Shown here in pieces: positions 1 through 7,892 of a DNA stretch of 24,406 nucleotides; positions within the stretch are counted from its first letter, which is position 1, and each line of letters opens with the position of its first letter. A model generated the notes under the pieces. The model made no database searches. It had not been told where the DNA came from and was given only the letters and a program-made list of their open reading frames with translations. Source of the DNA: a virus (Duplodnaviria; Caudoviricetes); IMG/VR virus record IMGVR_UViG_3300049142_000047, positions 1 to 24,406 of that record. The stretch is one strand, 5' to 3'. The position numbers and the translations under genes were made by a program.

Positions 1-176
1 CCGGCACCACGTTGAGTGACGGTTTTCCCCGCCAGGACCCCCAGGACATCCACGTCCCTTTGTCTTCACTCACTCGCAGTCAGATCGTGCTTCGTCCGCA
101 GGCCTGCAACTGCGGGTGCTCGACCCTGATCTGCGCGGCCCACCTCGACACCTGCCGGTCGCTGCGGGCTGCCTGA
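1..176 (+). CDS. 3' part of a Cys-rich hypothetical ORF, probably starting at 24355 and spanning the end/start junction (~75 aa)
   Basis: Frame is open from 3 to TGA 174-176, which overlaps the terminase ATG (TGATG). It is in frame with ATG 24355 if the ends are joined. Confidence 0.45.
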   Translation, partial: GTTLSDGFPRQDPQDIHVPLSSLTRSQIVLRPQACNCGCSTLICAAHLDTCRSLRAA

Positions 177-1819
177 TGCCAACAGCCACCAAGCGTGCCG
201 CCCGCCGGCCGACCTCGAAGCGGCCGCCCGGCAAGCGGCTGATGGGGATCACCGAGCCGCGGTACGGCACCCCGCCCAAGCGGAAGCTCACCGAGCGGAC
301 CTCACGCGGCTTCGCGTGCATCCGCTGGGCCGAAGCCATGGGCATCCGGCTGTTCCCGTGGCAGAAGCTCGCGCTCATCAGGGCGCTGGAGCTGAACCCG
401 GACGGCTCGTACCGCTTCCGCATCGTGCTGATCTTGGTGGCCCGGCAGAACGGCAAGACGACGCTGTGCAAGGTGCTCACGCTGTGGCGGATGCTCGAGG
501 ACCAGGCGAAGCTCGTGGTCGGCACGAGCACCAACATGGACTACGCCCGCGAGGCATGGGCAGCGACCGTCGACATCGCTGAGGCACGCGACGTCCGGAA
601 GGCCCGGGCGATCGCTCACGCCCGGTTCGCAGACCTCTCGTCGGCCGGCCTGCCCGACGAGGACGAAGACGTCGTCAAGGTGTTCCTGCCGAAGCGGGAT
701 CGCTTCGTGGCCTCGGTAAAGCGCGGCGCGCTGGACACTTCCCTGACCCTGACCCCGCGCGCCCAGGGCGAGAAGGGCCCGCGGTACAAGATCGCGTCGG
801 CCAGCCGGACCGGTGGCCGGTCGCTGTCGATCGATCTCGGCCTGGCCGATGAGCTGCGCGAGCACCGCGCCAAGGGCGACAGCGACACCGGCTGGGAGGC
901 GTGGGCAGCGCTCGACGGCGCCACCACAGCTCGCCCGAACAGCCAGATCTGGGGCCTGTCGAACGCTGGAGACGACGGCTCGATCGTGCTCAACACGCTC
1001 CGCTCGTCGGCGATCCAGTACATCGAAGAGGGAGAAGGCGATGACACCTTGTGCCTGCTGGAGTGGTCGGCCGAGGACAACTGCGACGTCTGGGATCGCA
1101 AGCAGTGGGCCCAGGCGAACCCGGCGATGGGGTACGGCGGGATAACCGAGCAGACCCTTGCCAGCAAGGCGAACCTGCCCGCCGAGGTGTTCCGGCCTGA
1201 GCACCTGTGCCAGGGCGTCCCGGCTTTGCGGGCTGCGATCCAGGAGGCGCACTGGCGCAACTGCAAGGACGCCGGCGCGACGCTGGACCGGCTTCGGTCC
1301 CGGGTGACGGTCACGTTCGATGTGTCGCCGGACTTCGAGCACGTGTCGCTGATCGCGTCGGCCGTCGACAACGCCGGGTTCTCCCGGATCGATGTGCTCG
1401 GCGGCTGGTCGTCGATCGACGCTGCGTTCTCGGAGGGGCCGGACGGTATCGAAGCGATCCTCAGGAAGGTCCGGCCGAAGAAGGTCGGCTGGTTCCCGGA
1501 CGGCCCGGCGGCGGCCGCGGCACCGCACGTGAAGCGGCTGGAACGGAAGTGGCGGGTCGAGGCGCTCAACGGGGCACTCACGTCGCAGGCCTGCCAGGGC
1601 CTGGTCGAGCAGGCGAAGGCCGGCCGACTCAAGCACACCGGCGACCCGATGCTCACGGCACACATCCTCGGCGCGAACAAGCAGCTGTCCGGCGACGGGT
1701 TCCGGTTCGTCCGGCGAGGAGCCGGGCACGTCGACGCGGCCTACGCGGCCGCTGGCTCGGTCCTGCTGGCCCGCTCGATCCCCCGCCGGAAGTCCGGAGG
1801 CCTGACCACCGCAGCGTAG
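176..1819 (+). CDS. terL: terminase large subunit
   Basis: LFPWQ adenine-binding motif, Walker A VARQNGKTT, Walker B LGLADE, coupling motif LSNAG, W-x-x-ANP, nuclease FDVSPD and HVDAAYA. Start ATG 176 chosen from the TGATG overlap; the ORF is open from 116. Confidence 0.93.
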   Translation: MPTATKRAARRPTSKRPPGKRLMGITEPRYGTPPKRKLTERTSRGFACIRWAEAMGIRLFPWQKLALIRALELNPDGSYRFRIVLILVARQNGKTTLCKVLTLWRMLEDQAKLVVGTSTNMDYAREAWAATVDIAEARDVRKARAIAHARFADLSSAGLPDEDEDVVKVFLPKRDRFVASVKRGALDTSLTLTPRAQGEKGPRYKIASASRTGGRSLSIDLGLADELREHRAKGDSDTGWEAWAALDGATTARPNSQIWGLSNAGDDGSIVLNTLRSSAIQYIEEGEGDDTLCLLEWSAEDNCDVWDRKQWAQANPAMGYGGITEQTLASKANLPAEVFRPEHLCQGVPALRAAIQEAHWRNCKDAGATLDRLRSRVTVTFDVSPDFEHVSLIASAVDNAGFSRIDVLGGWSSIDAAFSEGPDGIEAILRKVRPKKVGWFPDGPAAAAAPHVKRLERKWRVEALNGALTSQACQGLVEQAKAGRLKHTGDPMLTAHILGANKQLSGDGFRFVRRGAGHVDAAYAAAGSVLLARSIPRRKSGGLTTAA

Positions 1820-1857
1820 TCTCAGACAACCTGAGATAGTCCCCTACGGCATATGCC
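1817..1857. promoter_or_regulatory. putative regulatory region upstream of head genes
   Basis: Inverted repeat TCTCAG-N5-CTGAGA (1820-1836), TAGTCCC (1837-1843) matching the cro-region half-site, and palindrome GGCATATGCC (1848-1857). Confidence 0.35.
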
Positions 1858-1875
1858 TGTGAGAGCATTTGCCGC

Positions 1876-4800
1876 ATGGGGATGATGAAGCGGATCCGGG
1901 ACGCGCTCGCGATGACCGCCACCGCCCCCGGCAGCGACGGCCCGAAGTTCGCGATCGGCCCCGAGTCGATCCCTCCGGAGTTCTACGGCCTGACGCAGTA
2001 CGACTCGAACATCACGCCGAAGCCGCGGGTCTCCCGGCGCCTCGCGATCCAGGTGCCGGCCTTGCTGCGGGGCCGGAACCTGATCTGTACGCCGATCGGC
2101 GGCCTGGCCCTGAAGGTCTACAACCGGGCCGGCCAGGAGATCCCCAACGAGCTGTTCGAGCAGCCCGAGCGGGACGTGCCCCGGTCGGTGACCATGACGT
2201 ACCTGGTCGAGGACATGCTGTTCGAGCAGACCGCCTGGTGGCGGGTCACCGAGTGGCGCGGACCCAACCCGGCGGCCGGCTCGGCGAACCCGTTCAACTA
2301 CCCGAAGCACGTACGCCGCCTGGAGCCGCGCAGCGTCGACCCGCGCAAGGACGGCAAGGTCTACGTCCGCAAGGACGGCAGCGTCCAGGGCGAGGCCTGG
2401 GAGTACGTCCCGGACACCGACCTGATCCGCTTCGACTCCCCGACTGACGGCATCCTGACCGCCGGGGCCGGTGCCATCAGCACGCTGCTGATGCTCGACA
2501 ACCGGGCGTACAACTCGGCGAACAACCCGGTACCTGAGGGGTACTTCACGCCGAAGGACGGCGTCGACCCGTTCGACGAGGAGGACCCGGAGGCCTCCGA
2601 GGAAGAGCAGGCGCTGCTCTACACCGCGGCGAAGTTCCTCGCGGACTGGCGCACCAAGCGGCTGACCGAGACTACGGCCTGGGTGCCCGGCGGCGTCGAC
2701 TACAACCAGCTCGCCTGGGATCCCGAGAAGCTGCAGCTCGCCGAGGCCCGGCAGCACGCCGTCCTGGAGATCGCGCGGTTGATGGGCCTCGACCCGGAAG
2801 ACGTCGCGGTCAGCACGACCAGCCGCACGTACTTCAACGCAGAGACGAAGCGCCAGGACCGCATCGACTTCGTGCTCGGCATGTTCCTGAACGCGATCGC
2901 CGACCGCCTGTCGATGGGTGACATCACGCCCCGCGGGCAGCGGGCGGCGTTCGATGTCGACGCGTTCACGATGACCGACACCAAGACCCGGCTGGAGACG
3001 TACGAGATCGGGCTCCGGATCGGTCTGTGGACGCTCCCGGAGCTGCGCGCCAAGGAAGGTCTGCCGCCGCTCACCGCTGCCCAGCTCGCCGAGATCGCGG
3101 CCGCGAAGGCGCCGCCGGCGCCGCCCCAGATCCCCCAGGGAGACAACGTGACCCCGATCAACCGACGCGACCAGCGGCCTGCCCTTGCCGCTGGCAACGG
3201 CCAGCAGTTCGATGACGCCGGCGCCGAGCTTCAGCTGCAGGCGATGACCGGACCGGAGTTCAAGGTCGACCTGGCGAAGCGGACCATCAGCGGCCTGGCG
3301 CTCCCGTACGGCGGCGCCCAGGCGTGGAACCAGGGCGAGCTGTACGAGTTCGCTCCGGGCTCCGTGACGTTCTCCGACCCGAAGCGGATCAAGGTCTACG
3401 TCGAGCACGACTCCAACCGGGTCATCGGCTACGCGACCCAGCTCGAGGACCGGCCCGAAGGCCTCTTCGCCGAGCTGAAGATCGCGAACGTGCCCGAGGG
3501 GGACCACGCCCTGCTGATGGCCAGCGAAGGCCTGTGGGACGGGCTCTCGGCCGGGTTCCGCGCCGGCGGCCGCTTCACCCGCCAGGACGACGGCGTACTG
3601 CTCGCCGCGCCGGGCGGCGCACCCCTGAAGGAAATCAGTTTGTGCCCCGTGCCCGCGTTCGACGACGCACGGGTGACCGCAGTGGCCCTATCGGCCCACA
3701 ACGAGAGGAACACCATGAAGTGCACCAAGTGTGGCGCCGTTCACGCTGCGGGCGTCGTCGCGTGCGACCCGGCCGTCGCGGCCGCGTTCACCGCATCCAC
3801 CCAGGCCGGTGCCGGCCAGACCGGCGAGGTCCAGCTCTCCGGCGAGCTGACCGGGTTCGACCCGGTTGCCTTCCAGGAGCAGCTGGCCAACGCGATCGGC
3901 GAGGGGTTCGCGACCATGCTGACCCAGGCCCAGCAGACCGGGCAGCTCCCCGGTCAGCGTGAGGTCATCGCGGCCGCCGGCGCGCAGCAGTTCCAGGTCA
4001 CCGAGGAGCTGCCGTACCGGTTCGACGGCTCGACCAAGGGCGAGCACTGCTTCACCGATGACCTGCGCGACTCGTGGTCGGGCTCGGGCGAGGCCAAGGG
4101 CCGCCTGGAGAAGTTCATGGAGGAGGCTCACCAGCAGTTCGCGGTGACCACCGGCAACACCTCGGCGTTCAACCCGGTGCAGAACCGGCCAGAGCTGTAC
4201 GTCCCCTCCCTCGAGTACACCCGCCCGCTGTTCGAGCTGGCCACGACCGGCACGCTGCAGGACATCACGCCCTTCACGGTGCCGAAGTTCTCCAGCGCCT
4301 CGGGCCTGGTCGGTCCGCACACCCAGGGCGTCGAGCCGACCCCGGGTGCCTTCGCGGCGACGGTGCAGACCGTCACCCCGACCGCGATCTCCGGCAAGGT
4401 GGAGATCAACCGCGAGGTGTGGGACCAGGGCGGCAACCCGCAAACCGACACGATCGTCTGGCGCGAGATGCAGAACGCCTACTACGAGGCAGCCGAGGTA
4501 GGCATCGCAACGATGCTCAACGCGCTGTCCGCAGCGACGCTCTACAGCGGCGCTGAGGTCAACCTCGCCGGCGCCACCGACGCGGCCCTGAACACCGCGC
4601 TGACGAACCTGCTCGTGGACCTGCAGTACGTGCGGGGCGGCAACCGGTACACGTCGTTCGCCGCGGCCTCGGCGCTGTTCAAGGCGATCGCCGGCGCGAA
4701 GGACTCGGCGGGGCGGCCGCTGTTCCCGCTGCTCGGCCCGGCCAACGCGAACGGCCAGCTGCAGTCGAGCGGTTCCCCGGCCAGCTCGGCCAACGTGCTC

Positions 4801-5028
4801 GGTCAGACCGTCCGGCCCGCGTGGGCGCTGAACTCGACGCCGGCGAACGCGTCGAACAGCTACCTGTTCGTGCCCTCCAGCGTGTGGGCCTGGCTGTCGC
4901 CGCCGAAGCGGTTCACGTTCGAGTACCAGGTCAAGTCGGTCGACATGGCCGTGTGGGGCTACACCGGCTCGGCGGTCCTGCGGAACAGCGATGTCGTCCG
5001 CATCGACTACGAGACCGCCGACGTCTAA
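1876..5028 (+). CDS. portal - prohead protease - major capsid fusion (1050 aa)
   Basis: Portal-like N-terminal ~420 aa (LEIARLMGL, IADRLS, ELRAKEGLPPL). HK97 protease motifs VYVEHD, DGLSAGF and LKEISLCPVPAF. HK97-fold capsid C-terminus (AKDSAGRPLFP, VAVWGY-like AVWGY). No stop codon between the domains. Confidence 0.88.
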   Translation: MGMMKRIRDALAMTATAPGSDGPKFAIGPESIPPEFYGLTQYDSNITPKPRVSRRLAIQVPALLRGRNLICTPIGGLALKVYNRAGQEIPNELFEQPERDVPRSVTMTYLVEDMLFEQTAWWRVTEWRGPNPAAGSANPFNYPKHVRRLEPRSVDPRKDGKVYVRKDGSVQGEAWEYVPDTDLIRFDSPTDGILTAGAGAISTLLMLDNRAYNSANNPVPEGYFTPKDGVDPFDEEDPEASEEEQALLYTAAKFLADWRTKRLTETTAWVPGGVDYNQLAWDPEKLQLAEARQHAVLEIARLMGLDPEDVAVSTTSRTYFNAETKRQDRIDFVLGMFLNAIADRLSMGDITPRGQRAAFDVDAFTMTDTKTRLETYEIGLRIGLWTLPELRAKEGLPPLTAAQLAEIAAAKAPPAPPQIPQGDNVTPINRRDQRPALAAGNGQQFDDAGAELQLQAMTGPEFKVDLAKRTISGLALPYGGAQAWNQGELYEFAPGSVTFSDPKRIKVYVEHDSNRVIGYATQLEDRPEGLFAELKIANVPEGDHALLMASEGLWDGLSAGFRAGGRFTRQDDGVLLAAPGGAPLKEISLCPVPAFDDARVTAVALSAHNERNTMKCTKCGAVHAAGVVACDPAVAAAFTASTQAGAGQTGEVQLSGELTGFDPVAFQEQLANAIGEGFATMLTQAQQTGQLPGQREVIAAAGAQQFQVTEELPYRFDGSTKGEHCFTDDLRDSWSGSGEAKGRLEKFMEEAHQQFAVTTGNTSAFNPVQNRPELYVPSLEYTRPLFELATTGTLQDITPFTVPKFSSASGLVGPHTQGVEPTPGAFAATVQTVTPTAISGKVEINREVWDQGGNPQTDTIVWREMQNAYYEAAEVGIATMLNALSAATLYSGAEVNLAGATDAALNTALTNLLVDLQYVRGGNRYTSFAAASALFKAIAGAKDSAGRPLFPLLGPANANGQLQSSGSPASSANVLGQTVRPAWALNSTPANASNSYLFVPSSVWAWLSPPKRFTFEYQVKSVDMAVWGYTGSAVLRNSDVVRIDYETADV

Positions 5029-5071
5029 GCCAGCCCGCGAAGCAACCCCCCAAGCGAAAGGAGCATGACCG

Positions 5072-5524
5072 ATGTCCGAAGAGATTCCGAAGGCTCCGCC
5101 GTCCGGCAAGCTGGGCCAGCCCGGCGCGCGGGCGTACGACGACCAGGGCCGCGTGCGGCCGGCGGATGGCCGATTCCTCGGCGATGCGTCGGACGACGTG
5201 CCTCCGCAGGATCTGCAGGCGATCCGGGAGGAGGAGATCCGCCGTGGCAACGAGCGGCTCGCCGAGCAGCGGCGCCGTGAGGAGGCCGAGAACCAGCGGC
5301 GCCTGGACGAGTCGGGGTACGTCAACCCGACGATCCCGCCGGCAGTCGAGCCGAGCGGCGTCGACCAGGCGGACGACGGCCCTGACGGTGACCCGGACCG
5401 GTACACCGACATGGAGTACGCCGACCTGCAGAAGGAGGCGAAGAGCCGCGACGGCATGTCCGCCGGCGGTTCGGCCGACGAGCTGCGGGCCCGGCTGCGC
5501 GCCGACGACGAGGCGAAGGCCTGA
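5072..5524 (+). CDS. acidic protein with C-terminal SAP/HeH-like motif
   Basis: AAGGAG RBS 8 nt upstream. The C-terminus YADLQKEAKSRDGMSAGGSADELRARL fits the SAP/HeH pattern. Confidence 0.65.
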   Translation: MSEEIPKAPPSGKLGQPGARAYDDQGRVRPADGRFLGDASDDVPPQDLQAIREEEIRRGNERLAEQRRREEAENQRRLDESGYVNPTIPPAVEPSGVDQADDGPDGDPDRYTDMEYADLQKEAKSRDGMSAGGSADELRARLRADDEAKA

Positions 5525-5527
5525 CCC

Positions 5528-5875
5528 ATGCCGCTACCCCCGGACCTGGACGAAGTGCTCGAGTACCTCAAGCTCGCGGGCAAGGACCGCGACGCCGAGG
5601 TGACTTCTGCGTTGGCGGCCGAGGTGGCCGCACAGCGTCGCGTCGTCCGGGCCCGGGCGTTCGGTGTGGACCCCGTCCCCGGTCTGCCCAGTACGCCGTA
5701 CCCGGCCGACCTGAGCGAGGCCTTGAAACGCCGCGTCGCGCGGAACCTCGCGCTGCGCGGCGTACCGCTCGCGGTTCTCCAGTCGGACTCCGAGGCCGGC
5801 CCCGCGATCCTGCCGGGCCGGGACCCCGAAGTCCGGCGCCTAGAGGCCCCGTACAAGAAGCTGATCGTCGGATGA
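5528..5875 (+). CDS. head-to-tail adaptor
   Basis: Position after the capsid; YP.DL.EALKRRVAR and DPEVRRLEAPY are typical of actinophage adaptors. Confidence 0.7.
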   Translation: MPLPPDLDEVLEYLKLAGKDRDAEVTSALAAEVAAQRRVVRARAFGVDPVPGLPSTPYPADLSEALKRRVARNLALRGVPLAVLQSDSEAGPAILPGRDPEVRRLEAPYKKLIVG

Positions 5876-6207
5876 ACGGCTCGCGCGACGCCATCGCCGC
5901 GGCGCTCTCCACGATCGACGGCATCACCGGCTACGTACGTCGGCCGGTGGACCTCACCCGCGGAGTGGCGTACCCGCTGGTCGCCGAGTTCGTGCGGGGC
6001 CCTGGGCTCCAGTTCGGCTGCAACTGGCGCGTGATCGTGATCCTGGGCCCGGACGAAGAAGAGGCCGAGGAGCTGATGGACGCCCTGCTCCCCGACGTCG
6101 CGCTGGCTCTCCAGCGCCTCATGCACGTACAGCTCGCCACCCCGCTGGCGATCACCACCGAGGCGGGCCAAGTGTTCGCCGCCGAGATCCGGGGACTCGG
6201 CGACTAG
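5872..6207 (+). CDS. tail terminator / connector protein
   Basis: ATGA overlap with the adaptor; N-terminal RDAIAAALSTIDGI; directly precedes the major tail gene. Confidence 0.6.
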   Translation: MNGSRDAIAAALSTIDGITGYVRRPVDLTRGVAYPLVAEFVRGPGLQFGCNWRVIVILGPDEEEAEELMDALLPDVALALQRLMHVQLATPLAITTEAGQVFAAEIRGLGD

Positions 6208-6234
6208 CCGACCCGACCAGACAGGAGATTCGAA

Positions 6235-6636
6235 ATGCCCGCTGCAGTTGGTGGTTACGTCCTCAAGGACGGGTTGGTGACGGTCGAAGGGACCGCCTAC
6301 TCCAACCAGTGCAAGACGATCATGCTCACCCCGTCGCAGGACACCCAGACGTACCGGACGATCGTGCCGGACGGCACGAAGCAGGACGTCGACACGGCGG
6401 TCTGGTCGCTCACGCTGGCCGGCCTCCAGGACTACGAGGCGGCTCGCGGTCTGGCACGGCTCCTGACCGACAACGCCGGTGAGAAGCTCGACATCGTCGT
6501 GACGCCGGACCAGGACCAGGGGGTCAGTGCGACGGTGACCGTGACCGCGAAGGCGGTCCCGTTCGGTGGCGACACCGGGTCCTGGGCCGAGTTCTCGGTC
6601 GAGCTCCCGGTCGACGGCGCTCCGGTGTTCAGCTGA
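6235..6636 (+). CDS. major tail (tube) protein
   Basis: Strong RBS AGGAG; beta-rich 133 aa with WSLTLAGLQDY and FGGD..SWAEFSVELPVDGAP. Confidence 0.78.
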   Translation: MPAAVGGYVLKDGLVTVEGTAYSNQCKTIMLTPSQDTQTYRTIVPDGTKQDVDTAVWSLTLAGLQDYEAARGLARLLTDNAGEKLDIVVTPDQDQGVSATVTVTAKAVPFGGDTGSWAEFSVELPVDGAPVFS

Positions 6637-6977
6637 TGGCCCGCACGGACCTCGCGGCCCAGCAGATCGTTCAGGCTGGGCTCGCCGTGAACCTGACCGC
6701 GCCGACCGCTGACGGCGACGTGATCGACTGCGGGCTCGAAGCGCTGCTCGTACGCAACACCTCGGGCGCGCCGGCCAACGTGACGGTGCAGACGCCGGCA
6801 ACCGTCGACGGGCTCGCCGTCTCGGAGCGGGTCGTGACTGTGGCGGCCGGCGGGACGTCGCTGATCGGCCCGCTTCCGACGTCGCTGTACGGACAGCTCG
6901 CCGGCGCCGACAAGGGCCGGGCGTACGTCGACTACTCGATCCCGGCCTCGTTCGTCAGGGCGTTGGTGAAGTTCTGA
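6636..6977 (+). CDS. probable virion structural / decoration protein
   Basis: TGATG-coupled; beta-rich Ig-like sequence (LLVRNTSGAPANVTV). Confidence 0.55.
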   Translation: MARTDLAAQQIVQAGLAVNLTAPTADGDVIDCGLEALLVRNTSGAPANVTVQTPATVDGLAVSERVVTVAAGGTSLIGPLPTSLYGQLAGADKGRAYVDYSIPASFVRALVKF

Positions 6978-7273
6978 TGATCGACCTGACGCTGCGCATC
7001 GACCAGACCTCGGGCGATCCGGTCGAGCACCAGGTGTCCGCGACGGCGCGCGACATCCTGATGTGGGAGCGGACCACCAAGGGCGCCTCGCTGCAGAAGT
7101 TCCTGGCCGATCCGAAGATGGAGGACCTGTACCAGGTGGCCTACAAGTGCGCCTGGCGACTGCAGATCTTCCGCGGGACGTTCGAGGAGTTCAGCGAGCT
7201 GGTCGACGTCGACTTCGACCTGGACGACCTGCAGGACCAGGCGCAAGAGGACCCTTCCCCGCCTACTCCCTGA
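6977..7273 (+). CDS. tail assembly chaperone (short form)
   Basis: Lies between major tail and tape measure genes; acidic C-terminus ending EDPSPPTP. Confidence 0.7.
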   Translation: MIDLTLRIDQTSGDPVEHQVSATARDILMWERTTKGASLQKFLADPKMEDLYQVAYKCAWRLQIFRGTFEEFSELVDVDFDLDDLQDQAQEDPSPPTP

Positions 7274-7446
7274 GCTGGACTCTCGTCGCGCTGATGGTGC
7301 GCACGGGGGTCCCCACCGGGGTGTGGGTGGAGGAGGGGATGCAGGTGATAGCGACAGCGGTTCAACAGCTCGGGATCGGTGGTGACCAACCTGCCGCCTC
7401 CCACGAGACGAAGAGGGAGGCGCCGGCCGGATGGGACTCGTTCTAA
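7252..7446 (+). CDS. -1 frameshift extension of the tail assembly chaperone (long form 6977-7446)
   Basis: The -1 frame is open past GAC CCT TCC CC (7250-7260) and encodes PFPAYSLSWTLVALMVRTGVPTGVW...WDSF. It has no clear RBS/start of its own. Confidence 0.6.
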   Translation, partial: PFPAYSLSWTLVALMVRTGVPTGVWVEEGMQVIATAVQQLGIGGDQPAASHETKREAPAGWDSF

Positions 7447-7892
7447 AGGTCCAGGTTGTCGGTGGGCGCGAGATGCTGCGAGCGTTCCGCGACCTCCCCA
7501 AGGACGCCTCCAACGAGCTGCGGGACGCCAACCGCGAGATCTCCGAGGACATGGCCCGTGCGATCCGCACAGCGGCCCAGGCCAAGGGTTCCCAGTCGGG
7601 GCTGGTGGTCCCGACGATCAAGGCGATGCGCGACCGGGTGCCGTCCGTCCAGGCCGGCGGCACCCGGCGCGCTGGCAAGCAGACCCGCCGGTCGATCGGG
7701 CAGAAGCCCACGACCGTCGCGGACATCATGTTCGGCGCGAACTTCGGCGCCTCCCGGCTCAGGCAGTTTCCTCCGGTGCGCAAGCCGGACCACTGGTTCT
7801 TCACGACCGTGGAGAAGCACGCCCCTGACATCGAACGCCGCTGGCTCGCGGCCGCCGACAACGTCTTGTCTCAGTGGGGGAGCGGCTCGTGA
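7431..7892 (+). CDS. HK97 gp10-like tail completion protein
   Basis: GGAGG RBS; N-terminus VQVVGGREMLRAFRDL...ELRDANREI, and a FG..FG motif. Confidence 0.55.
   Translation: MGLVLKVQVVGGREMLRAFRDLPKDASNELRDANREISEDMARAIRTAAQAKGSQSGLVVPTIKAMRDRVPSVQAGGTRRAGKQTRRSIGQKPTTVADIMFGANFGASRLRQFPPVRKPDHWFFTTVEKHAPDIERRWLAAADNVLSQWGSGS

Noticed and set aside
3121-3151. Programmed +1 slip or indel at CCC-C ending the portal at TGA 3149
   Set aside because: Not supported as a feature: the +1 frame uses rare codons and there is no stimulatory signal. It cannot be fully excluded without reads.
5065-5280. Alternative 71-aa ORF after the capsid gene
   Set aside because: Its ATG is only 1 nt from the SD; the 5072 frame has proper spacing and a recognisable motif.
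3688-6801. 1037-aa antisense ORF and other long - strand or alternate-frame ORFs (302-1729, 1822-3507, 18722-20242)
   Set aside because: These are shadow ORFs expected in high-GC DNA; they overlap well-supported genes and carry no recognisable motifs.
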